Assembly: GCA_963780185.1 (NCBI GenBank)
Contig: CAWABA010000011.1
Span: forward strand, 98,779-162,778
Length of the DNA stretch: 64,000 nt
Reading direction: 5' to 3'
Source of the DNA: Candidatus Bathyarchaeota archaeon
GTDB lineage: Archaea > Thermoproteota > Bathyarchaeia > Bathyarchaeales > Bathycorpusculaceae
A program made the position numbers and the translations under genes. Below the pieces are notes generated by a model. The model saw nothing but the letters and a program-made list of their open reading frames with translations, was not told the DNA's origin and did no database searches. How positions within the stretch are numbered: the stretch's first letter is position 1; each line of letters starts with the position of its first letter. This document shows, in pieces, positions 10,180-18,341 of the stretch.

Positions 10180-11763
10180 ATGAGCGGGCAGGAAAAAATT
10201 CAAAAAGCAATCCAAGCCATAATCGCAGCGGGCTACCAGTTAAACAGCGAAGCTTTCGAGTTTCTAAGCCAAAACGCAGACACAGCCGACCCAGTTGACA
10301 TAATGGACTTAGCGCTTCAAAGACTAGCGGACCTCCAGGAAAAACCATTTTTCATAGACAGAGTCTTTTTGGAAACGCTGGTCCAGCAGATAACAGTTCC
10401 AGCTGTTCAAGTCGCGGAACCCGAGCCAGAGCCAGAATCGCAGCAAAACGCCACGGTGCAGCCAGCGCCGCCCTTAGTGGATCAGAGCGGCTCGGTTGAA
10501 GGTTTTTTTTACCCTTACGCCAAGGACATTAAGGCTGAGATTGCCATTCTGGAAGACGCCACTGGCAAACTTAGCTCCAATGGCACTCTTGAAGAATACC
10601 TCCTGTATTTTCAAGATAGGTTTAGACGGATCGAAAAACTGTTTAGGCAAAGAATCGACGTGAGAGCTGCAACGCCGATACTTGAGGCTCTTAAATCGCC
10701 TGCTAAAACAAAGCTCAAAATAATCTGTATGGTAAGCGAGAAGAGGGATTCAAAAAACCACATTATTCTCTCAGTTGAAGACCTACAGGGCACTGCGACC
10801 GTTTTGGTGCCTCAAAGAGCACCTGAAGATGTCCGTAAAAAAGCCCTGATGCTTATGCCCGACCAAGTCGTTTGCTTGGCAGTGATCAAGACACGAAGCA
10901 ACCTTTTCATGGCGGAAGACATCATTTTTCCAGAAATCGGCAAAAAAACCCAGCAAAGAGCACAGGAACCAGTTTACGCCGTACTGACTTCGGATCTTCA
11001 CATCGGCAGCAACAAATTCGAAAAGGAAGCCTTCAAACGGTTCATATTGTGGCTTAGAGGGAAATACGGCGACGAGCAGATGAGGGACATAGCGGGGAGG
11101 GTAAAGTACCTCTTGATTGCAGGAGATATAGTTGACGGCGTAGGCGTGTACCCGGGGCAAGCGAAGGAATTGTCGATAAGAGACGTTCATAAACAATACG
11201 ACTTCGCCTTCAAATACATCGAAAAAATCCCAAACTACATCGAAGTAATCATTTCCCCAGGCAACCACGACGCCGCCCGCAAAGCCCTACCTCAACCAGC
11301 CATACCCGAGGGCTACCTAAAGGGGATGCAGGGAAAAAGCAACATCCGCTCAGTCGGAAGCCCATGCCTCCTAAGTCTACACGGGGTAGAGGTGCTGATG
11401 TACCATGGCCGCAGCTTAGACGACATCATCGGCGTAGTGCCCGGGATGGATCATGATCACCCAGAAAAAGCAATGAAGCTACTCATGCAGAGCCGCCATC
11501 TGGCGCCTTCCTACGGCGGGAAAACCATGCTTTCCCCCGAAAACCGCGACTACCTAGTCATTGACAGAGTGCCAGACATCTTTCACGCGGGGCACATTCA
11601 CGTTTTAGGCTACTGCAACTACCGCGGGGTGCTTGTTGTGAACTCAGGCGGCTGGCAAAAGCAAACTGAGTACATGGAAAAACTGGGTTTGGTTCCTACC
11701 CCAGGAAAGGTTCCAGTAGTGAACCTGCAAACACTCGAAACCACGATACTCTCATTCATTTAA
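10180..11763 (+). CDS. polB: DNA polymerase D small (proofreading) subunit DP1
   Basis: OB fold plus calcineurin-like motifs SDLHIGS, AGDIVDGVGVYPGQ, PGNHD, YHGRSLDD, GHIH. Confidence 0.95.
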   Translation: MSGQEKIQKAIQAIIAAGYQLNSEAFEFLSQNADTADPVDIMDLALQRLADLQEKPFFIDRVFLETLVQQITVPAVQVAEPEPEPESQQNATVQPAPPLVDQSGSVEGFFYPYAKDIKAEIAILEDATGKLSSNGTLEEYLLYFQDRFRRIEKLFRQRIDVRAATPILEALKSPAKTKLKIICMVSEKRDSKNHIILSVEDLQGTATVLVPQRAPEDVRKKALMLMPDQVVCLAVIKTRSNLFMAEDIIFPEIGKKTQQRAQEPVYAVLTSDLHIGSNKFEKEAFKRFILWLRGKYGDEQMRDIAGRVKYLLIAGDIVDGVGVYPGQAKELSIRDVHKQYDFAFKYIEKIPNYIEVIISPGNHDAARKALPQPAIPEGYLKGMQGKSNIRSVGSPCLLSLHGVEVLMYHGRSLDDIIGVVPGMDHDHPEKAMKLLMQSRHLAPSYGGKTMLSPENRDYLVIDRVPDIFHAGHIHVLGYCNYRGVLVVNSGGWQKQTEYMEKLGLVPTPGKVPVVNLQTLETTILSFI

Positions 11764-11778
11764 AGCGCGTCTTTTGAG

Positions 11779-13026
11779 CTACGGTTGAGGGGCGTTTTTT
11801 CTGGAGCCTTGGGGAGAATAATTGATTAGTTGGCTAAAGCGAGCGTCGTCTGTAAACACGTCTCGAATTAGGCCCCTTGCTATTTCAAGCCGGATCTTTT
11901 TGGTTCTGCCGTATCTACCCATGCTGACAACCTTGGCGTTCACCAGACCCATCGAGTCAAGCTCATTGATCAAAGTGCCTAGCCGACGCTGTGTCAGAAG
12001 ACCCGCGCCGAATTCGCCGCACAACTCGTTGTAAACATCGTATATTTCGCCTGTAGTTGCGCTTGGCTTGTTAAGATGGTAAACGCTTAGAAGCACAAGT
12101 TTCGAGTGAAGCGTTAAGTTTTTGAGGGCTTCAATCACACGGTTATGTTCAATGTGTTTTTCAGCTAAACGCACATGCTCCTCCGTTATGATGCAGACGC
12201 CTAAACGTTCAGCAACTTCTCCTGCCACGCGTAGCAGATCCAGAGCGCGACGTGCATCGCCATGTTCGGCGGCAGCCAAAGCCGCGCAAATGCTCAGTGC
12301 CGGCTCAGACAAAACGCCATCTTGGAAAGACAACTTTGAACGTTCTGAGAGGATGTTTCTGAGTTCCGAAGCGTCGTATGGCCTGAAAACCAGTTCTTCC
12401 TCGCTGAGCGAACTGAAAACTCGGGGGTCCAAGAATTCCTTCAATCGAAGATCATTGGAAATTCCAATTATTGAAACTTTACTCTTAGTCAAGGTTTCAT
12501 TGATTCGGGTTAACTCGTACATGAAGGCGTCTCCCCGATCTTTTATCAGGGCGTCGATCTCGTCAAGCACTATAATGAAGATTATTCGGGAAGAATCTAG
12601 GCCAGCTCTGAACCTGTCAAAAACTTCACCGACGGACAAGCCAGTGAAAGGGATGGTCATGCCGACGCTTTGGCTTAAAGCCGCGAAAACCCGGTATTCC
12701 GAACCCGTCATTCTGCAATTTATGTAACAGAATTTTACCTGGGCGCCGTACTCTTTTGCCTTAAATTCAAGATGACTCAGAACATGTTTTGCTACCGCAG
12801 TTTTGCCTGTTCCTGTTTTTCCATAGATAAAAATGTTGGAGCACCTTGCATCCTTCAGAACTGGAGCAACTGTTTGACCCAGCAGCTTTATCTGTTCTTC
12901 TCTGTGGGGCAGCTTCGAAGGAACATAATCGGTCCTAAGGACTTCTCTATCCTTGAACAATTTAACCCCATTAACGAAACTTTCGAACACTTCATCTAAC
13001 ACATTTGGATTCGCCATTCTTCCCAC
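11779..13026 (-). CDS. cdc6: Orc1/Cdc6 replication initiator
   Basis: YVPSKLPHREEQ, GKTGTGKT, VLDEID, GDARRALDLLR, C-terminal winged helix with GRYGRTKKI. Confidence 0.97.
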   Translation of the reverse strand: MGRMANPNVLDEVFESFVNGVKLFKDREVLRTDYVPSKLPHREEQIKLLGQTVAPVLKDARCSNIFIYGKTGTGKTAVAKHVLSHLEFKAKEYGAQVKFCYINCRMTGSEYRVFAALSQSVGMTIPFTGLSVGEVFDRFRAGLDSSRIIFIIVLDEIDALIKDRGDAFMYELTRINETLTKSKVSIIGISNDLRLKEFLDPRVFSSLSEEELVFRPYDASELRNILSERSKLSFQDGVLSEPALSICAALAAAEHGDARRALDLLRVAGEVAERLGVCIITEEHVRLAEKHIEHNRVIEALKNLTLHSKLVLLSVYHLNKPSATTGEIYDVYNELCGEFGAGLLTQRRLGTLINELDSMGLVNAKVVSMGRYGRTKKIRLEIARGLIRDVFTDDARFSQLINYSPQGSRKNAPQP

Positions 13027-13164
13027 TCCCCAGATTACAGAGGTACAACCAATATTTCGAGTGGAGCAGATAAAGGATGTAGTACAAAAAACTGGTTGTG
13101 AAACACAATAATCCTAAAAATCAATGGATACCCAGCATAACAAGCAAGTAAATCCACGTGAACA

Positions 13165-13189
13165 CACACCCCAAAGTTTCTACTGGAAA
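13165..13189 (-). promoter_or_regulatory. Origin recognition box (ORB) 1
   Basis: Minus strand reads TTTCCAGTAGAAACTTTGGGGTGTG, matching the archaeal ORB TTCCAGTGGAAAC-N-GGGG. Confidence 0.8.
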
Positions 13190-13353
13190 AAATGAAAGCC
13201 GATAAGAAAAAACTACTATTTATATTATTTATAATATATACTCTGAGAGGTAAGTGGCAAATAAGTATATTAAGAATGTTGATTCAGGATTTTAGATTAA
13301 AGATCTGTAAAATTTTTTTAAAAAGATTTTGAGCTTCTTTTTTGCCCAAAAGC

Positions 13354-13378
13354 TTCGAGAGGAAACATAGGGGTGTGT
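13354..13378 (+). promoter_or_regulatory. Origin recognition box (ORB) 2
   Basis: TTCGAGAGGAAACATAGGGGTGTGT, opposite orientation to ORB1 across the AT-rich element. Confidence 0.8.
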
Positions 13379-13612
13379 CTTTGTCGAGTTTTCCATGGAA
13401 AATCAACCATCAAAGACGAAAATTGAGTTTTCTAACAACGTTACATAAAGAAATTTATCCATTGAGTTTTCTTGCCTCGGTGGCTTTCCTTCACAAACCC
13501 GTTTTCCGTTCACAAAATTGTGAATACATGTGAAATAGCACTGTATTTGTCGCTTAATTGTCCTTGTTTCTTCTGAAATTACCTTTTTCCTGTCTTTTTA
13601 CAGTGAACGAGG

Positions 13613-13635
13613 CACCCCTACGCTTCCTCTGGAAA
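13613..13635 (-). promoter_or_regulatory. Origin recognition box (ORB) 3
   Basis: Minus strand reads TTTCCAGAGGAAGCGTAGGGGTG. Confidence 0.75.
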
Positions 13636-13826
13636 AGCATAACTGAGCTATAACTACAATTTTTCAGCCGTTCCAATTTCATGTGAAGCCAGTTATGATG
13701 AATCGAATGAAGAATAGGCTTGTTTCCTGAAAATAAGCTCTGTAGCGAGTTTTTCTTTTAACCGCTTTCACCATAACAGCTATAAGGTGTGAAGTGTAGA
13801 GTTGTGAACCCTTAAGGTGCACGCTG

Positions 13827-14258
13827 ATGCCAGCTCGAAAAATGCGCGTGGAGCTTTTTGACAACGATGGCAACCGATACACCATCGCTTTTGAGGGCCA
13901 AGTGACCCGAGATAAAGCTCTGCGACTCTTAGACCTCGTGGAACTGCTAGGCGGCGCACCAAGCGAAAACCCCAATGCAAACTCAAATTCTGCACTAACA
14001 AATACTCTTCTTTCACGTTTTGAGAAGGTCCAGGTGGTGATACAGAAGAGTTTTCCACTCATTTGGTTTTCTACAAAGGATATTCAGTCGGTTTACGAGC
14101 AGGAGCTCAAAGAGCCGATAGGCCTGAGCACTGTGTCCACTTATCTTGCGCGAATGACCAGCAAAGGTATGTTGCTGCGAACAGGCGGTTCAAATAACCT
14201 CAAGTACAGAAGTGCGCCAAATATTCCGCAAGCGACCCTAAAACAAACAATAAAGTAA
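13827..14258 (+). CDS. Uncharacterised protein with C-terminal winged-helix domain
   Basis: Small N-terminal beta-beta-alpha module; FSTKDIQSVYEQELKEPIGLSTVSTYLARMTSKGMLLRTG fits a wHTH pattern. Confidence 0.8.
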   Translation: MPARKMRVELFDNDGNRYTIAFEGQVTRDKALRLLDLVELLGGAPSENPNANSNSALTNTLLSRFEKVQVVIQKSFPLIWFSTKDIQSVYEQELKEPIGLSTVSTYLARMTSKGMLLRTGGSNNLKYRSAPNIPQATLKQTIK

Positions 14259-14275
14259 ATGTAAAAGCCATGCTT

Positions 14276-14989
14276 TTAGGCTGGTGGGTTGTTTTCGGTT
14301 TTCTTCAGCAGCTTCTCCATCTCCGCTTTGATGGTGTACCTGAACGGTATTTTTCCAGCTTCTCTCTCCACGTAGCCGCCTTCGTAGAGTTTCTTCATCA
14401 GTCTAGCTGTGTGCTCCCTGCTTAGGTGTACCTGCTCTTTTATTTCGGGCGCCGTCTTGGGCCCTTCAGAAGCCAACTTTTCCAGCACTTCTATCTCAGT
14501 GTCGGTTAGAGCAGCCATTGCTTTGTCACGTTTGATCGGCATGACCGGCATGAATGGTTCAGCCTGGATTTCTGGGGCTGTGGTCAACTTTTGGATTTGT
14601 TCTTCGAACCCCGCGATTCTCACTTTCACAGCTTCTTGGGCCACTTCGATATCTTGGATCTTTGTTTCTAATCCCGTCAGACCCGACAGAAGGCTTGTAC
14701 TGGTTTGCCTAAGGCTCTGCGACACAGCGTTGATTTGGCCTTCTATAGGCGCCAGCTTCTTTTCGACTATGTCTGCCTTTTTGACGCCTTCGTCAGCCCT
14801 GGCAAAGCTTCCCTCAATCTTGAACGCCACAAGATCCAGCTTTTCGGCTTCACGTTTAAGTTCTCTATGAAAACTCATAACAATATCTTGAACAGTGTTC
14901 TTCGCTTTTTCATATTCCCGTTGCGCCTTCCGTATCTGCCTATAGTACTCTGCTGAAGTAACTACTGTAACTGCTGCCAAAACCGCCAA
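14276..14989 (-). CDS. Membrane-anchored coiled-coil protein with C-terminal MarR-like winged helix
   Basis: Hydrophobic N-terminus (frame stays open upstream: FDFTLVILAVLAAVTVV), about 110-aa heptad region, LTDTEIEVLEKL...TAPEIKEQVHLSREHTARLMKKLYEGGYVER. Confidence 0.8.
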   Translation of the reverse strand: MAVLAAVTVVTSAEYYRQIRKAQREYEKAKNTVQDIVMSFHRELKREAEKLDLVAFKIEGSFARADEGVKKADIVEKKLAPIEGQINAVSQSLRQTSTSLLSGLTGLETKIQDIEVAQEAVKVRIAGFEEQIQKLTTAPEIQAEPFMPVMPIKRDKAMAALTDTEIEVLEKLASEGPKTAPEIKEQVHLSREHTARLMKKLYEGGYVEREAGKIPFRYTIKAEMEKLLKKTENNPPA

Positions 14990-15011
14990 GATTACTAACG
15001 TAAAGTCAAAC

Positions 15012-15135
15012 GTGATATGCCAACCCTGTGACGCATACGTGATTTAAGGGATTGCATCACACATCACAGTCCTCCATGGACTTTTTAAGGTTTGCGGTGA
15101 TATGTGCGCATGATAACTATGACATCACATATCAC
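15012..15135. repeat. GTGAY/RTCAC motif array 1
   Basis: 8 copies at 15012, 15028, 15039, 15056, 15063, 15097, 15124, 15131. Confidence 0.75.
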
Positions 15136-15281
15136 ACTCGCTTTTCCTCAAAACGCCCCTTTCCCAGCCCCCTCAAAAACGACAAAATTTAAGCCTATTT
15201 TCCGAGAGAGGGCTTTAATTCGCCTTATTAATTATGTTCTTTTGTCCTTCCTCTTTTGCTTCGAAAACTTCTTCTCCAGCC

Positions 15282-15299
15282 GTGATTTGTGACGTCACA
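15282..15299. repeat. GTGAY motif cluster with perfect 12-bp palindrome TGTGACGTCACA
   Basis: Copies at 15282, 15289, 15294; palindrome 15288-15299 overlaps the stop codon of the 15295-15774 gene. Confidence 0.65.
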
Positions 15300-15774
15300 T
15301 CGAGCCGTTTGATGGACTAGAAAGCCGTTTTAAGCTTGTTTCTAGCTCCTGGCGGATGATTTCTATGACTTTTAGATGGTCTTTTAGCTCTTCTTCCTTG
15401 CCTGGCATGTCCTGGTGTGCCTCCACATAATCGTGCAGTTTACTGGCGATTTCGAGATACGGGTCAAGAGTTGTGCTCTCAAACACCCCCAAATAACCTA
15501 GAAGTAGCACCGTATAGATGGATTTTATTACGTTTTCTTTGGACTGCTGTAATGTCCTATTAAACGATCCTCGGCTTATTTTAGCCTTAGTTAGCCTTAA
15601 GTTGGCTTTTTCATCGTATTTCAGCTGGTTCCCCGATAGATTTTCAGCTAATACGTCTATTAATAGCGTTTCGAGCTGTGTTTTAGTTAATTGACTGTTT
15701 TTGGCGAGAATTTGCACTATGGGGTCGTTTAAAGCGCCATTTAACCATGTTTGTACGCCGTCTTTTAGCTTCAA
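15295..15774 (-). CDS. Uncharacterised all-helical protein with probable HTH
   Basis: LTKTQLETLLID...YDEKANLRLTKAKISRGSFNRTLQQSKEN resembles an HTH; TTG start. Confidence 0.75.
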   Translation of the reverse strand: MKLKDGVQTWLNGALNDPIVQILAKNSQLTKTQLETLLIDVLAENLSGNQLKYDEKANLRLTKAKISRGSFNRTLQQSKENVIKSIYTVLLLGYLGVFESTTLDPYLEIASKLHDYVEAHQDMPGKEEELKDHLKVIEIIRQELETSLKRLSSPSNGSM

Positions 15775-16103
15775 ACTTCGTATTCCTCCGTATATCTTAA
15801 TGAATACGGTTTTGTATACTGGCTCGAGTTTTTAAGGCTTGTTCATCCAAAAACACAATAATTTGATGCTAAAAAACATGTTAATGTGACTGTAACAAGC
15901 AAACAAGTGTGTATTGTGCTCCTTTTATAGATTCAAAACTATAAGCACCATTTTTAGTAAATAGCGACAAAAAACGCGGTGTTTGAAATGAAGACTTTAT
16001 TGGATTTTAGACACAAACTGATAGTTTTGACTTAAGGTGTCCTCGTATTTTTAGACCAAACAGTAGATTTGTAACTTCCCATTAGGTCCTTTTTCCATCC
16101 ACT

Positions 16104-16236
16104 GTGATAATGTGAACATGCCTTTTTAGCTCCTTCAATGGACGTGACGTCATTAATATCACGTTAAAATCACTGTGATTTCCAGCTGAAACCCGTTACA
16201 TCACATTGTGTGATGGTGCTGTGATACGTTTGTGAT
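16104..16236. repeat. GTGAY/RTCAC motif array 2
   Basis: 9 copies at 16104, 16144, 16158, 16169, 16175, 16200, 16210, 16221, 16232; includes AATCAC-T-GTGATT and CATCACA-TTG-TGTGATG inverted repeats. Confidence 0.75.
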
Positions 16237-16262
16237 TCAATGGGTTTCTGTGGCCTAGCAGC

Positions 16263-17096
16263 TCAGAGAAGCTCTGCGGCTTCTTTTAGTTTGTCGAAGA
16301 TTTCGGGTCTTAGATCTCTAAGAGACGGGATGAAGGTTTCTGCGTTTCTTAGGTCGCCAAAATCCACATCGCATGTTATAAAATCCTCTTCGTCATACTT
16401 TGCCTTAGCTAAAACGTCCCCGTTTGGGTTAACAAGCCTGCTTCCTCCCCAGAATTGCAAACCATCCTGGACACCTGCGAGGTTCACGTAGGCTACGTAA
16501 GCTGTGTTTTCGATTGCTCTTGCACAGGTTAACGTTTCAAAGTAGCTTCTGCGGACAGCTGGAGACGCCGATATGCAGACGATTAACTGTGCACCCTTTA
16601 AGCGGATGAGTCGGGTTACTTCAGGGAAGAAAATGTCGTAGCAAATGCATAAGCCGATGTTGCCGATGCCTGTTTGGAAAGCTGCCGTTTGGTAACCCGG
16701 GCGGTAATATCTTTTTTCTTCAAAGACGCTGTGGGTTGGCAGGTACATTTTACGGTATTTGCCGATTAAGCCTTTGGGGCCCACGAAGACGGCGGTGTTG
16801 AAGACTGTTGCTTGGGTGTTCTCGCTTAACTCCGGCATTCCGAAGATTAAGTGCATCCCCGTTTTCTTCGCTAAAGCTTCCGCCTTCTCAATCGTTGGTC
16901 CAGGGATAGTCTCCGCCAACTCGTATACTTGGTCATGAACCACGTAGCCAGTGAGCGACATCTCTGGGAAAATAGCCAGCTCTGCCCCTTGCTCTTTGGC
17001 TTTAACCGTTAGCTTCTCGATCTTCTGAAAGTTCGCTGCTTTGTCTTCTCGTTTGCTGCTTATTTGGGCGAGGGCAATTTTGATTTTATCTTTCAT
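16263..17096 (-). CDS. Carbon-nitrogen hydrolase (nitrilase superfamily amidase)
   Basis: Catalytic triad motifs IFPEMSLTGY, YRKMYLP, ICYDIFFPE. Confidence 0.92.
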   Translation of the reverse strand: MKDKIKIALAQISSKREDKAANFQKIEKLTVKAKEQGAELAIFPEMSLTGYVVHDQVYELAETIPGPTIEKAEALAKKTGMHLIFGMPELSENTQATVFNTAVFVGPKGLIGKYRKMYLPTHSVFEEKRYYRPGYQTAAFQTGIGNIGLCICYDIFFPEVTRLIRLKGAQLIVCISASPAVRRSYFETLTCARAIENTAYVAYVNLAGVQDGLQFWGGSRLVNPNGDVLAKAKYDEEDFITCDVDFGDLRNAETFIPSLRDLRPEIFDKLKEAAELL

Positions 17097-17110
17097 CTGT
17101 TTTTCACTTT

Positions 17111-17953
17111 TTAATAGTTGTTTCTTGGAAGCCTAAAATCTACTCCTACCGTTCTGTAACCGATCTTAGGTGCAATCGGCATTCTGCGTTTATGCTCATT
17201 GTTCAGCCATCTACGCTTGACTAATTCAACTGTTGATTTTTCCATATCCAACTGGTTGGCAATCTCTTCGGTGGTCATGAACCGTTCTAAGCCATATAGG
17301 ATGAGGTCTAAGATTTCGTATCTGATGCCGAGTTCTGTCTCCGCCATCTGCGTTGGCCAAAGTGCTGGTGTGGAGGGTTTTAAGGCAAGTTCGGCTGGGA
17401 TTCCTATGTGGATGGCAAGCTTGCGGACCTGCGTCTTGTAAAGATCCATAATCGGGGTTATGTCTGAGGCGCCGTCTCCCCACTTCGTGAAGTAACCCAT
17501 CATCGTCTCCGACTTGTCTGAGCTGCCGCAAACAATCTTGTTGAATTTGTTCGCGTAATAGTAAAGGTAAATCATTCTGGTTCTTGCCTTAACGTTTCCT
17601 TTGCAAAGCCTGTCTTTCGAGTCGAATACTGGAATCTGCTTGTAGAAGCATCGCATGACCTCTGTCATGTCACAGACACTGGTTTCCAGTTGAAATTGTT
17701 TCGCTACTGCCTTCGCGTCGTCAATATCTTTTTGGCTAAAGTTTTCCTCTTCAGGAAGCATCAGGGCTAAGACGTTTTTTCCGCCAACTGCAACGCTGGA
17801 AAGGGCGGCTACGGTGGCGCTGTCGATTCCGCCGGATAGGCCGAGGACTATTCCTTTGGCTCCAGCGTTTTCAACGTATTCTTTGATGAAGCGGCAGATT
17901 CTGTTTTGTGTTTCCGAAAAATCTATGTCGAAGACAGAGGGTGTAAGTTTCAG
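17111..17953 (-). CDS. nadE: NAD+ synthetase (synthetase domain only), probable CTG start
   Basis: Frame is open upstream of the listed ATG and contains VLGLSGGIDSATVA; also GNVKARTRM, GSSDKSE, GYFTKWGDG, PSTPALW. Confidence 0.92.
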   Translation of the reverse strand: MKLTPSVFDIDFSETQNRICRFIKEYVENAGAKGIVLGLSGGIDSATVAALSSVAVGGKNVLALMLPEEENFSQKDIDDAKAVAKQFQLETSVCDMTEVMRCFYKQIPVFDSKDRLCKGNVKARTRMIYLYYYANKFNKIVCGSSDKSETMMGYFTKWGDGASDITPIMDLYKTQVRKLAIHIGIPAELALKPSTPALWPTQMAETELGIRYEILDLILYGLERFMTTEEIANQLDMEKSTVELVKRRWLNNEHKRRMPIAPKIGYRTVGVDFRLPRNNY

Positions 17954-18052
17954 TCGGCTTCACCAGCCCATATACTCTTGGTTTGTAGGCAAGTATTTAA
18001 GGACAAGCATAAATATTACTCAACAACATCGGCGATTTGAAGGCTGTTTAGT

Positions 18053-18322
18053 TTGGGTCGAAGAAGAAAGAAAGTTGTTCATATTCCAAAGAAACGTTTG
18101 CCAAAGTTCTTTTCCTGCCCAAAATGCGGGAAAGAAACTGTTAAGGTAGAAATTTCCAGAGAAGAAGGCGGTCACTCCGTTGCGCAATGCAGTAGCTGCG
18201 GGCTTAAGGAAGAGTTCCCCGTTAAACCAGCCCAAGGAGAAGTCGACGTTTACTGCATGCTAACCGACCGCGTTTACGGCACTGGTAAAAGAGCGCCGCT
18301 GCCAAACTTAAAGAAAGAATAA
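18053..18322 (+). CDS. elf1: Transcription elongation factor Elf1
   Basis: MGRRRKKVV...LPKFFSCPKCG...CSSCG...DVYC. Confidence 0.88.
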   Translation: MGRRRKKVVHIPKKRLPKFFSCPKCGKETVKVEISREEGGHSVAQCSSCGLKEEFPVKPAQGEVDVYCMLTDRVYGTGKRAPLPNLKKE

Positions 18323-18341
18323 GAATCGAAGGATTACCGGC

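Larger units (their letters stand above)
13027..13826. other. Probable chromosomal replication origin (oriC)
   Basis: 800-bp non-coding gap directly upstream of cdc6; three ORB elements; AT-rich tract at about 13190-13345 between two oppositely oriented ORBs. Confidence 0.85.

Noticed and set aside
15012-16236. CRISPR array or transposon ends as the source of the GTGAY repeats
   Set aside because: The units are only 5-7 bp, in both orientations, without regular 30-40 bp spacers, cas genes or a transposase.
17960-17962. Selenocysteine/UGA read-through at the nadE N-terminus
   Set aside because: The position is not catalytic, no SECIS or Sec machinery is evident, and the TGA is explained as part of a GGTGA ribosome-binding site.
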